A stretch of DNA of 64,000 bases. Source: an uncultured Planctomycetota bacterium (lineage in GTDB: Bacteria; Planctomycetota; Planctomycetia; Isosphaerales; Isosphaeraceae). Below are positions 24,401-34,971 of the stretch, in pieces. A program made the position numbers and the translations under genes. The notes under the pieces are model-generated. The model saw only the letters and a program-made list of their open reading frames with translations, did not search any database and had not been told where the DNA came from. Position 1 is the first letter of the stretch; each line of letters opens with the position of its first letter. The DNA is taken from assembly GCA_963845755.1 (NCBI GenBank), contig CAWJTV010000031.1:128001-192000 (forward strand). Reading direction: 5' to 3'.

Positions 24401-27400
24401 ACGTCTGGACGACCGTCGCGGGCGCGGTGAACTACAGCGGGATGACCGATCCCACCGGCACGAACGGCGACATCTCGGCGAACCCCAAGTACGTCAACGC
24501 CGCAGGCGGCAGACTATCGCCTGAACTACCTCAGCCCAGGTATCGATTCCGGCAACGCCCTCGTCGCTCCTGCCACCGACATGCTGGGCGACCCGATGTA
24601 CAACGATCCGCGGACCAATCCCAAAACCGGTGTGCCGAACCGAGCGGCACCTATGCCGACATGGGGGCCTACAACTTTGTCGAGTCGGCCCTGTCGAATC
24701 TCGACATGATCGTGACGTCCGTCGTCGGGCCGGGCACCGCCACGGCGGGCGGCCAGGCGATCATTGACTGGACCGACGCCAACATCGGCACGGGCACGGT
24801 CGTCGGGCCGTGGCACGACAGCATCTACCTCGTGAGCAACCCTGGCCCGAACCAGGTGGAGATCTTGGCCGCCCAGCTCCTGGTCGGCCAGGGCGTCACG
24901 CTCGGTCCGGGGCAAAGCTGCAACCTCTCGGCCACCGTTGATGTGCCGGGCGATGCGGCTGGAACGCATTACTGGGCAGTCGAGGTGAACTCAGCCGGCG
25001 ACATCTTCGTCGGGCGCGAACACGGCCAAAACCACGCTCATCTCCCCCGCGCCCGTCGCTTTGTCCGTGCCAACGTTGGCGATTGACGCCGGGACGGTCT
25101 CCGGGCAGTTCAACGGCGTTGGCTCGCAGGCTTGGTACGAATTCGTTCCACAGGCCGGGCAGGACATCCAGGTGAATCTGAACATGGCCGACACGAGAGG
25201 GGCCGCGGGAATCTACATCGGCCAGGGCTACATGCCCAGCGCCCAGCACTATGACGAGACCCAGACGCAATGGAACTCCGCGAAGGTTTCGGCCCTCGTG
25301 CCGAACACGGTTGCGCAGCAGTATTACGTGCTGGTGCAAGCGAGCGCTCTCAGCGGAGCCAGCAGTGCATTCACGCTGACGGCGCATGCCCTGGGCTTCG
25401 AGCTGGATTCGTTCAGCCCCACGACCATCAACAACACGCGGCCAGGTAACCCTCCAGCTAAAGGGCGGTCAACTGGGCGTAGGGGATGACGTACGAGATT
25501 ACCGACTCCGACGGGAACGTGTACACGGCCACGTCCGTAAACGTTATTAACTCATCCCTGGTCGATGCCACCTTCGACCTGAACGGCATCCCGACCGGCG
25601 GATTCAGCGTAAGCGTTACCTCTCCGGAGGAAGGACCCCACACTCAAAGGCGGCATTGTCAAATTCGCCGACCCTAGGAAAGACTAAATTCTACCGTGAC
25701 GGTTTCCCCGGCGGAAGTCAAGTGTAGCCAGCCCTATACGGTTGATGTCAAAATCACCAACACGGGCGGGTCTGACATCACCTTGTGCGAACGTGCAACT
25801 ATTATTTAATGGCACGCCCTACGCGACGAGCCTAATACCGGCCACGATCACAGTAGCGGCAGGGGCAACGTGGCCGCAATCGGGCTCGGAAATGGTCCTC
25901 GTAACCGCGGGATCGTATCCACCCGGATCCTCCAATTCCGAAACCTGGACCCTTACCGACGATCAACCTGAGGTAACGCCAACAACCTTGAAATTCGACA
26001 CAGGAGCGGGGGGCGGTGTCTATTACAGCTACAATGTTGCGGGTGGACCGCTCGCGCAAGCAACGAGTCTTGATCTGTTTTGGGCACCAAACAGCTCCTC
26101 GTATAACCCCAGGCGCCGACACGCTGGCCAAAGAAATAACAATCCCCGCCGGCACAGGGAATGGAGCCTCCGGTCTTCAACCAGTGACAGCCAGCACGCT
26201 TGGCTCCTCCGCCAATGGGAACGCCAATGGGAACGATGTACCTGTTGGCTGTTACCGATCCTGGCAACACCCTAAATGATTTTGACCCAAGCACAAACGT
26301 TATTGCGTTTGATGTCTCACCTGCCGTGATCCTTACTAATTCTGTCACGGTTACCCCCCCACGGGAGCATCAATCACAGCTACCTTTACGCCGGCCGGAG
26401 GGGCTCTGACCCTCCAACAAGCGTACAATGATATGTGGCGTCAATCATTTCAACTGGTCCCAGACGGTAACTGAACCCTCAGACTGGCTTGCTTACTCCG
26501 GGGGACCAGGGCAAACGGATATACTACTCTGCCTGACGGTAGTCAAGTTCCCGCCGGCACCGAAAAGCCACTGACGCACATGGATCCTGTGAACTATACC
26601 TACAGCGACTTTTCGCCTTACCTGCCCAACGTCGCTGACACCATAACCGGTGATCTCTATGCAAGCGGGTTTTCCTACATTGACGAGAGTCCACCAGATT
26701 GGCGAAGCAGCGGCCCTAGGGGTGGCGTTCTGGATAACTTCACTTTTCAGTTTGAGGACGCGCCTTCAGACAAGGCCGGATTTTTTGGTCCTGGTGAATC
26801 CCTGCAGTTCGTTACTACTTTGATCGGGGTTAGCGCTGCCGGGACCTCAGTGTCTTTGTTTGGCGGCGGTATTTCTTTCAACTGGCATTCCAACTATACG
26901 TTCGCGTACGGGACGCTGCCGGGGGGCGGCCAAGCGACTTTGGACACTGTTCTGACCACTTGGCAACCACCAGTGGTTGTGCCCGTTCCCCCAGCCACTG
27001 TAATGCACCAAACCTTGGGATCGGCTACCGAAAAGGTGGTCCAGTCCGGCGATCCCAACGACATGATCGCGGGCGGATTTGGGCCGGTCGGCTGGATTGT
27101 CGGCGATCAGACAATTCCCTACACGATCGACTTTGAAAACATGCCCACGGCCGCTGCGCCGGCAGCACAGGTCGTGATCACCGACCAACTCTCCGCCAAC
27201 CTCGACTGGAGCACCTTCCAGCTTCAGCAAATCTACTTCAACAACGTCGAAATCCAGGTTCCGCCCGGCCTTCAAAATTACACCACGCAGGTCCACGTAG
27301 GCACCGACCCCAACCCTGTTGACGTCACCGCCGCTTTCAATCCCGACACGGGCGTCGTTACCTGGACCATGACGTCCATTAACCCCGTGACCGGTCAGGA

Positions 27401-28730
27401 AGTGACAGACCCGTTGGCCGGTTTTCTGCCGCCCGACAATGCCGACTTTGCCGGGTCGGGCCTCGTGAGCTATACCATTGACCCGAAAGCCGGACTGGCC
27501 TCGGACACGCGGGTCACGGGCCAGGCCAGCATTGTTTTCGATGTCAACGCGGCGATGGAAACCCCGCAAACTCTCAACACCGTCGACGTCACCCCGCCCA
27601 CCAGCAGCGTGCAGGCGCTCCCGGCCAAGGAATCGCAGACGAGCTTCAACGTCTCGTGGAGCGGCCAGGACTTGCTGCCGGACAGCAGCCAAGGCGCCGG
27701 AATCGCGTCGTACAACGTCTATGTTTCCGACGACGGAGGGCCGTTCACACTCTGGAAGTCTGACACGACCGCGAACTCGGCGACATTTACGGGCCAGTTC
27801 GGCGACGCATACAGCTTCTACAGCATCGCCACCGACAACTTGGGGAACGTCCAGCCGCCGCCGGCGGCGGCCCAGACGACCACTTATCTCGTCGGCTTGC
27901 CCACCAGCGTTGTCGCTGTCTTGCCCGCCACCACGACGGGCACGAGCTTCACGGTGAGCTGGAGCGGCTCTCCGGGGGTAGGCGCTACGAGCATCGCGTC
28001 GTACACGATCTACGACTCGGACAACGGTGGGCCGTTTACGGCTTTCTTGACCAATACCACGTTGACATCGACCACCTTCACAGGCCAACTCGGCCACACG
28101 TACGGCTTCTACAGCGTGGCGACCGATAACCTCGGCGACGTCCAGCCAACGCCGAGCGCTGCCCAGGCTAAGATAACCGTGGTCAATACGCAGCCGCCCC
28201 CACTCGTCATCGTCCAATCATTGCAGGTGGAAACGATCAAACTTGGAAAGGGGAAGAAGGCGAAGAAGGAGACGGTCTTGGTTCTTCAGATCAGCGGAGC
28301 GCTCAACGCCGGTGCGGCTGACAACATCGGCGCCTACGAGCTCGTGCCCGTCATCAAGGTGAAGGCCACGGGGAAGGGAAAGCACAAAAAGCCGGCGACA
28401 ACCAAGCTCGGCAAACCCGTTGCGCTGGCCTCGGCGGTGTACAATGGCTCCAACCACCAGGTGACACTAACGCCTCGGGGCACCGTAAACCTGACGAAGC
28501 CGGAGGAGTTAATCGTCAACGCCGCGCTCGTGACAGACACGCTCGGCCGCGAGATCGACGGGAACGACGACGGCCAACCCGGCGGTGACTACATCGCGAC
28601 GATCAAATCCGACCATGCCACGACGGGCGGAATCCCCCTCGCGCGAAAAGGCAACCCGACAGCCGCGGCAATCGACGCGATGTTCGCCGCCAATACCCTC
28701 GTTCACTTCAGGCAGCGTCCCGGTCGCTAA
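21490..28730 (+). CDS. Giant planctomycete extracellular/surface protein (~2400 aa if joined; multiply frameshifted, start approximate)
   Basis: LGIEQLESRQLLS motif, 41-aa repeats, two 110-aa repeats, beta-helix-like region (LTIQPGAVVKF twice), CARDB-like region, SGDPNDM..GFG..YTIDFEN module, two FN3-like repeats, Lys-rich C-terminal domain. Confidence 0.75.
21712..22415 (+). repeat. Six ~123-bp coding repeats (TIGEYTTSGATVNASLxSGLNGPxxIAxSGxDLFV), probable beta-propeller
   Basis: Unit starts at 21712, 21835, 21959, 22082, 22210 and 22334. Confidence 0.9.
22436..23075 (+). repeat. Two 330-bp coding repeats (VTNATTGExVQxxSGLVITP...GGSLFLNDGVTPVTNG...GAAGLKFTP)
   Basis: Units start at 22436 and 22766. 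Confidence 0.85.
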
Positions 28731-29137
28731 CCATCGACAACACGAGATCCGGCGTCGTGGCGAATACTTAAGGCATGCTTCTCGACGGGTCATCCTGGGG
28801 TCATCCTGCGGTCGGACCTATTTTCAATTTGATAGCTCAAGTCGTATCCTGGTTTTCTTCGACTTCTTCCAACCTAAGCGATCTCGTAGCCCGACGAATC
28901 CCGCCTAGGGCGACTTCCGTTCTGCAACGCCGAAAATCAGAATAGTCTACTCGCCAGTGCGCCGAGATTTCCCCCTCGACGCCGGCGCGATTCGCAGTAT
29001 CCTTGCCCTGACATCCGCCGGCAGCCGGTGCCAGGAAGCGACAAGCTCGCGCAGATCCAAATCTGTGCAGGCTATATGCAGACAGTGAAGAGGGGTGTCG
29101 CCGCAAGTGCTATTCTGTGTATCGAGTTGTGGATTCT

Positions 29138-29169
29138 GGGACGCGGGTGCAATTCCCGCCGCCTCCACT
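29138..29169 (+). repeat. attR (duplicated tmRNA 3' end)
   Basis: Identical 32 bp to 15801-15832; no tmRNA 5' half upstream. Confidence 0.92.
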
Positions 29170-29170
29170 C

Positions 29171-29210
29171 ATAGCCACTTGCGATTCGTCGTAAGTGGCT
29201 ATTTTCATTT
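29171..29210 (+). terminator. Intrinsic terminator, probably the original ssrA terminator
   Basis: ATAGCCACTTGCGA-TTCG-TCGTAAGTGGCTAT hairpin followed by TTTCATTT. Confidence 0.8.
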
Positions 29211-29252
29211 GAGCTGCGTCGCTGACCTATTTCGCAAGGGCCGCGTCTTCCA

Positions 29253-29585
29253 AGCAAGCTCCTCCAGCTCGGGCTTCCGGCTCGCGCCATGGTCCGCCGC
29301 GAGGACGACCGGGCGGTGGCCTTGCGGGTCGCCGGCGCCGAGGTGGTAGTTGGAGACTTACTCGAACCGGCCGACTTCTAGCGGATTGCCATCGGCTCTC
29401 GGCGGGGCGACTTCGGCATGTCTGTGTCCGACGGGTACATGACGGCGACCGTGACCATGGCGGCGGTCGTTCGCGAATTCGGGATGGACGCCTTTGTCAA
29501 CGTGTCCCAGATGACCGTATCCCAGATGCGCATCCCGGCCACCACTACGAGCCCTCAGCAGCGGAAGCACTGGCTCAGCGAGCTG
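29253..29585 (+). pseudogene. NmrA-family NAD(P)-binding protein fragment
   Basis: ARAMVRREDDRA..LRVAGAEVVVGDL, in-frame TAG at 29379, FVNVSQMTVSQM...SPQQRKHWLSE; no GxxGxxG N-terminus and truncated C-terminus. Confidence 0.65.
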
Positions 29586-29718
29586 CGCGAATCGTATCGG
29601 GCGTGTCGATGCTTTTCTCCTGCGCCGGTGTCCGAACGGTTGCAGCTCGTTCGTTGTATTCACACAAGGCGGAGGACAGGCCTCCGCCCGCGTATGCGAA
29701 ACCGTCGGGAGTACCGTC

Positions 29719-30045
29719 ATGGCGAAGTTTCTGTTCATCTATCGCGAATCCACGGAGAGCCGTCCCAAGCCGTCTCCTGAGGAAATGCAGGCGTTGCAGA
29801 CGGGCTGGTACACATGGATGCAAAAGTTCAGCGCAGCGATTGTGCCCGGAGGCGACGGATTGAAGCATAGCGGCCGAGTTCTGAAGGATGGACTCGTGAC
29901 CGACGGTCCCTACGTCGAAGCCAAGGAAATCATCGTCAGCTTCGCGATCATCCAGGCCGACAACTACGACGCGGCGCTGGCGATCGCCCGTGAGTGTCCG
30001 CCCGGCCATACGATCGAGATCCGCGAATTTGCTGGCTACGCATGA
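29719..30045 (+). CDS. YciI/DGPF-family protein
   Basis: VTDGPYVEAKEII, AALAIARECP, IEIRE. Confidence 0.88.
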   Translation: MAKFLFIYRESTESRPKPSPEEMQALQTGWYTWMQKFSAAIVPGGDGLKHSGRVLKDGLVTDGPYVEAKEIIVSFAIIQADNYDAALAIARECPPGHTIEIREFAGYA

Positions 30046-31316
30046 GCGAACCCCGAGCGCTGGTGGAGCACTTCTTTCGCCACGAGTTCGGCCGGCTCGT
30101 CGCCGTGCTGACCCGGTCGCTCGGCGTGCGCCGGCTCGACCTCGTCGAGGACGTCGTTCAAGCCGCGCTCGTGCAGGCCCTGGAAATCTGGTCTCGCCGC
30201 GGCGTGCCTGAAGACCCAGCCGGCTGGCTCTACCGCACCGCCCGCAACCTGGCGATCGATGCGTTGCGGCGGGAGCGAACCCACGCCCTGGCATTGCCGC
30301 GCCTGGCCGAAGACGCCGAGCGGGAATCGTCGCAGCCCGAAGCGCATTTCGCCGACGAGATCGGCGACGAACCGCTTCGCCTGCTCTTCGTCTGCTGCCA
30401 CGAAGCGGTGCCGGCCGAATCCCGCGTCGCCATCGCGCTGCGGACGATCTGCGGTTTCAGCACCGCGGAGATTGCCCGCGCATTGCTCACCACCGACGCC
30501 AATGTCCAGAAGCGGATTGAGCGGGCGCGGGATCGACTGCGCGAGCTGGACGTGGATTTTGACACGCCGGCTGCGGCCCAGCTTTGCGCTCGGCTGGACG
30601 CGGTTCTCGCGGTCGTCTATCTCCTCTTCAGTCAGGGCTGCCACGTCACCCATGGCGACATGCCGATCCGCCGTGGCCTGTGCGATGAGGCCCGCCGGCT
30701 GGCGCGGATGCTCGCCGCCCATCCCGTCGGCGACGTGCCGGCGGTCCATGCCTTGCTCGCGCTGATGTGCTTCCACGGGGCCCGCTTCGACGCGCGCGTC
30801 GCTCTCGACGGCGCCATCGTTCTGCTTGAGGAACAGGATCGCTCCGCCTGGAACTGGAGCGACGTGCGTGAAGGTATGGCGTGGCTCGCCAGGTCAGCCG
30901 CCGGTGACGAGTTGACGCGCTATCACGTGGAAGCCGGCATCGCCTGGGAGCACTGTCGTGCGCCGACCTTCGCTGATACCGATTGGCTACGGATGGCCGA
31001 ATTGTACGACACGCTCGATCGCATCGCGCCGTCGCCGCTGAACTCCCTCAACCGCGCGGTCGTCGAAGCTTACGTGCACGGCCCGCAAGCCGGCCTCGAG
31101 CGATTGGCCGCTGTTCTACCGGAAAACGTTCCCACACGTTATCCCGGTTGGCACGTGGTGATCGGCGAGCTCCATTTCCGCCTCGGCCGACACTCCGCCG
31201 CCGAGCGCGCCTGGCGGCAAGCCCTAAGCCTTACCACGGCCCGCGCCGATCGAGAATTCTTGCGTCGCCGCCTCGCCATCTGTCGGCCCGATGGAGGCGA
31301 GCCCGCCACTGAGTAA
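30042..31316 (+). CDS. ECF42-type sigma factor with C-terminal TPR-like extension
   Basis: FFRHEFGRLVAVL, LRLLFVCCH, LLEEQDRSAW, YHVEAGIA; ATGA-coupled to the DGPF gene. Confidence 0.85.
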   Translation: MSEPRALVEHFFRHEFGRLVAVLTRSLGVRRLDLVEDVVQAALVQALEIWSRRGVPEDPAGWLYRTARNLAIDALRRERTHALALPRLAEDAERESSQPEAHFADEIGDEPLRLLFVCCHEAVPAESRVAIALRTICGFSTAEIARALLTTDANVQKRIERARDRLRELDVDFDTPAAAQLCARLDAVLAVVYLLFSQGCHVTHGDMPIRRGLCDEARRLARMLAAHPVGDVPAVHALLALMCFHGARFDARVALDGAIVLLEEQDRSAWNWSDVREGMAWLARSAAGDELTRYHVEAGIAWEHCRAPTFADTDWLRMAELYDTLDRIAPSPLNSLNRAVVEAYVHGPQAGLERLAAVLPENVPTRYPGWHVVIGELHFRLGRHSAAERAWRQALSLTTARADREFLRRRLAICRPDGGEPATE

Positions 31317-31436
31317 TGCCGGCCCAAGGAAAAAGACGCGGTCGAATCCCGAGCTGTCCCGGAAATGGACTCCACCTCACTGATTCATGAGCCTCCTCAG
31401 CCACGTGCTTCTTATGCGTGGCATTCCAAATTCTGG

Positions 31437-31542
31437 CTAGATGGCCTTGCGTGATTCCGGGAGGGCGAGGCTCCGTCCGATCAGGATGGGGACAGAACTC
31501 ACCGGGAGGCTCGCCCTCCCAGGATCGTGCAAAGCCATTTAG
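31437..31542. repeat. REP/MITE-like imperfect inverted repeat between convergent genes
   Basis: CTAGATGGCCTTGCGTGATTCCGGGAGGGCGAG ... CTCGCCCTCCCAGGATCGTGCAAAGCCATTTAG. Confidence 0.7.
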
Positions 31543-31549
31543 GTGCTTC

Positions 31550-34500
31550 TCATGACTCCTGTTCGTTGTGTCCGTCCTCTGGGTTGTGCTCAAATACCTC
31601 ACTGAGAGGGGAATGCGTCTCGTCCTTGAGGAGTTTGCGTCCGCCGTCCAGTTGCCCGAATAAATAATACAGGCCGGGAATGACCAAGACTCCGATCACC
31701 GTGCCCACCAGCATCCCGCCGGCTCCCGTCGTGCCGATGGTTCGGTTGCCGATCGCCCCGGCGCCGCTGGCCACCACCAACGGAAGCAGACCCGCGATGA
31801 ACGCGAACGACGTCATCTGAATCGGCCGGAACCGCAGTTTTGCGCCTTCGACCGCCGCCTCCTGGAGAGACACGCCTTCCAGTCGACGTTGGACCGCGAA
31901 TTCCACGATCAAGATCGCGTTCTTGCCCAGCAGGCCGACCAGCATCACCAGACCAATCTGGGCGTACACGTCGTTAGCCAAACCCATGGCCTGCAGGAAG
32001 AAGAACGAACCGAAAAGCCCGACCGGCAGCGACAGGATCACGGCCAGCGGCAGGATAAAGCTCTCGTATTGCCCGACCAACACCAGATAGACGAACGCGA
32101 CGACGATGAGGAAGATATAAATTGCCTCATTCCCCTTTTTTGACTCGTCATAAGAGAGACCCGACCAGCCGACGTCGAAACCGCGAGGCAGCGTCTCGAC
32201 ACCGACCTCCTTGATCGCCTGGATGGCTTGACCGGTGCTGTAGCCAGCAGCCGGCGCGCATTGAATGGCGGCGGAGGTGAACAGGTTATACCGGGTGATT
32301 CCATTCAAACCCTGCCTCTTTTCGCGCGTTATGAACGCGGAGTAGGGGACCATTTCCCCTTGGTCGTTCTTGACGAAAAGGTTCTCCAGATCCTCGGGGT
32401 AGCGCCGGAACTCCGGCCGGGCCTGGACGAATACCTTGTAGAACTGGTTGAAGAGAATGAATCCCTGCTCCCAGGTGCTGCCAATGAGGATGTTGAGGCT
32501 GTCCATCGCTGCCTTGATCGACACGCCCTTCTGATAGGCCATGTCTTTGTTGATGATCAGCTCGTACTGCGGGTAGTTGGCGGCGTAGAAGGTGAACAGG
32601 TTCGTCACCTCCTTACGCTTTTTCAGGGCGGCCATGAATTTCTCGGTCACTTCTCCGAGGTGCTGGTAATCCGCGGAGAACGTCTTGTCGAGGACCAACA
32701 AGGAGATACCCCCGGCGGTGCCAAAGCCGGGAACCGCGGGCGGTTCGAAGAACTCGAGCTTCACGTTGCTCATCCGGCGGCATTTTTCTTCGAGATCCAC
32801 AATGATCTGGCGGGCGGTTCGCGTGCGGTCGGCCCAGGTCTTCAGGTTGATGATACAGGTTCCCGAGTTCGAGCCGCGGCCTTCGGTCAGGACTTCATAA
32901 CCGGCCAACGAGGTGACGGAGGTGACCTCCTCGATCTCCTTGGCGATCTTCTCCAGCTCCTGGGATTTGTCGTTGGTGTACTCGAGCGTGGAGCCCGGAG
33001 GCGTCTGGAGGACGGCGTAGATGATGCCCTGGTCCTCGCCCGGGATAAACCCCGTCGGGAGCTGCGTATTGACAAGAACGATACCGGCGGCAAAACCCCC
33101 GACGACGGCCATGGTCAGCGTGCGGCGCGTGGCGATCCGCCGCACGATCGCGGCATAACCGCCCGTGACCTTCTCGACGGCGCGGTCAAAAGGACCCCGC
33201 ACCAACGGCAGAAGAATGAGCAGGAAGCCAACCGGCCCCCACAACTCATAGGCCAGATACGTGATTCCGCCCAGGACCAGCAACCCTCCCAGCGCAAACA
33301 GCAGCTTGACTCCGAGTCCGCGCGGCCTTTCCACGTGGCTCGTGGGGGAGTCAGTGCCGGTGTCGCTCGTGGGGGTGTTAGGGTCGGTGTCGTTCGTGTG
33401 GGAGTCAGTGCCGGTGGGGCTGTGGGGCTTGAGAATCATCGCACAGAGTACCGGCGTCAGCGTCAGGGCCACCAGGCCGGACAGAATGATGGACGTGGCC
33501 ATCGTGATCCCAAACTGGCGGTAGAAGGTGCCGACCGCCCCGGGAATGAACGTCACCGGAACGAAGACGGACGTCATCACGAGGGTGATGGCAATGATCG
33601 CGCCGGAGATCTCGTGCACGACCTCCATGGTTGCCCGGTAGGGCGATAAGTGCTTCTGGGCCATCTTGGCATGCACCGCCTCGACCACCACGATCGCATC
33701 GTCCACCACGACACCGATCGCGAGTACCATCGCGAAGAGTGTGATCAGGTTGATCGAGAGCCCCATCAACCGCAAGACAAAGAAGGTCCCGACCAGCGAC
33801 ACCGGAACCGCGAGTGTCGGGATCAGCGTGGATCGTAAATCCCCGAGGAACATGTAGACCACGAGCGACACCAAAATGAACGCCTCGAGTAGGGTGTGCA
33901 GCACCTTTTCGATCGAGGCGTCCAGGAATTTGGAGACGTCGTAGGCGAATTCGTAGTCCATCCCGGGAGGGAATGATTCCTTCTTGATCAGCTGGAGTTC
34001 CTTCTTGATTTCCTCGATCACCTCGGCGGCGTTGGAGCCGGGAGCCTGCTTGAGAACGATGGACGCCGCGGGACGCCCGTTGATGTCCGAGTAAATGTCG
34101 AAGAACTGGGGACCCAACTCCACCTGGGCGACGTCCTTGAGCCGCAGGATCTCCCCATCGGGATTTGCTTTCAAAATAATGCTTTCATACTGCTCTGGCT
34201 TGTTAAAACGCCCGATATAGGTCAACACGTATTCCTTTGATTGAGACGTCCTCCCTGTGGCCTGGCCGAGCCGTCCGGGCGAACCAATCACGCTCTGTTC
34301 CGACAGAGCCTTCATGACATCCTCGGACGACAAGTTGTAGGCACGCATGCGGTCGGGATTCAGCCAAACCCGCATCGCAAAGATGCGGTTGCCGAGATTC
34401 CTGGGGATGCCCATGCCTTTGATCCGCTTGAGCCGGGGCATGACGTAGACGTTGGCAAAGTTGAAGAGATCTTTCTGGTCGGCGTTTGGATCCGTGCTGT

Positions 34501-34927
34501 AAATATTCACGTACATCAGCATGCTCGGCACGACCTGGCTGACGAGGATCCCCTCGCGCACCACCAGGGGCGGGAGCTGGAAGAGCACGATGTTGACCCG
34601 GTTTTGCACGTTCACGACATTGATATTGGGATCCGTGCCCGGCTCGAAGTAGATGATGATCGCCGCCTCGCCGGCACTCGAGGCGGAGGAGGTGATGAAG
34701 CGCATGTTCTGAACGCCATTGATGGATTGCTCCAACGGGATCAGAACCGATTCGACCAGGACATTGGCGCTGGCGCCGGGATAGGAAATGGAGACCATCA
34801 CGGTCGGCGGCGCGATGTCGGGGAACTGTGCGATCGGCAGGGTCTTGATCCCCAGCACCCCCAGGAATAAGAGGATAGTTGAGATGACGATCGCGAGTGC
34901 CGGTTGATGGAGGATTTTTGTGAACAT
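31550..34927 (-). CDS. RND (HAE1-type) efflux permease, copy B
   Basis: LPIAQFPDIAPP, GVVVDDAIVVVE, GKNAILIVEF, RFRPIQMT. Confidence 0.95.
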   Translation of the reverse strand: MFTKILHQPALAIVISTILLFLGVLGIKTLPIAQFPDIAPPTVMVSISYPGASANVLVESVLIPLEQSINGVQNMRFITSSASSAGEAAIIIYFEPGTDPNINVVNVQNRVNIVLFQLPPLVVREGILVSQVVPSMLMYVNIYSTDPNADQKDLFNFANVYVMPRLKRIKGMGIPRNLGNRIFAMRVWLNPDRMRAYNLSSEDVMKALSEQSVIGSPGRLGQATGRTSQSKEYVLTYIGRFNKPEQYESIILKANPDGEILRLKDVAQVELGPQFFDIYSDINGRPAASIVLKQAPGSNAAEVIEEIKKELQLIKKESFPPGMDYEFAYDVSKFLDASIEKVLHTLLEAFILVSLVVYMFLGDLRSTLIPTLAVPVSLVGTFFVLRLMGLSINLITLFAMVLAIGVVVDDAIVVVEAVHAKMAQKHLSPYRATMEVVHEISGAIIAITLVMTSVFVPVTFIPGAVGTFYRQFGITMATSIILSGLVALTLTPVLCAMILKPHSPTGTDSHTNDTDPNTPTSDTGTDSPTSHVERPRGLGVKLLFALGGLLVLGGITYLAYELWGPVGFLLILLPLVRGPFDRAVEKVTGGYAAIVRRIATRRTLTMAVVGGFAAGIVLVNTQLPTGFIPGEDQGIIYAVLQTPPGSTLEYTNDKSQELEKIAKEIEEVTSVTSLAGYEVLTEGRGSNSGTCIINLKTWADRTRTARQIIVDLEEKCRRMSNVKLEFFEPPAVPGFGTAGGISLLVLDKTFSADYQHLGEVTEKFMAALKKRKEVTNLFTFYAANYPQYELIINKDMAYQKGVSIKAAMDSLNILIGSTWEQGFILFNQFYKVFVQARPEFRRYPEDLENLFVKNDQGEMVPYSAFITREKRQGLNGITRYNLFTSAAIQCAPAAGYSTGQAIQAIKEVGVETLPRGFDVGWSGLSYDESKKGNEAIYIFLIVVAFVYLVLVGQYESFILPLAVILSLPVGLFGSFFFLQAMGLANDVYAQIGLVMLVGLLGKNAILIVEFAVQRRLEGVSLQEAAVEGAKLRFRPIQMTSFAFIAGLLPLVVASGAGAIGNRTIGTTGAGGMLVGTVIGVLVIPGLYYLFGQLDGGRKLLKDETHSPLSEVFEHNPEDGHNEQES

Positions 34928-34971
34928 GGTTCTAGAATAATCTCCTCGGGTTCCGTATCAGGAAGCGGTTG

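Larger units (their letters stand above)
15801..29169. mobile_element. Genomic island (~13.3 kb) integrated in the tmRNA 3' end; no integrase recognised
   Basis: 32-bp exact direct repeat at both ends; accessory and decayed cargo. Confidence 0.85.

Noticed and set aside
29138..29169. Second tmRNA or a tRNA gene
   Set aside because: Only the T-arm and 3' acceptor strand are present; no matching 5' strand, D-arm or anticodon arm
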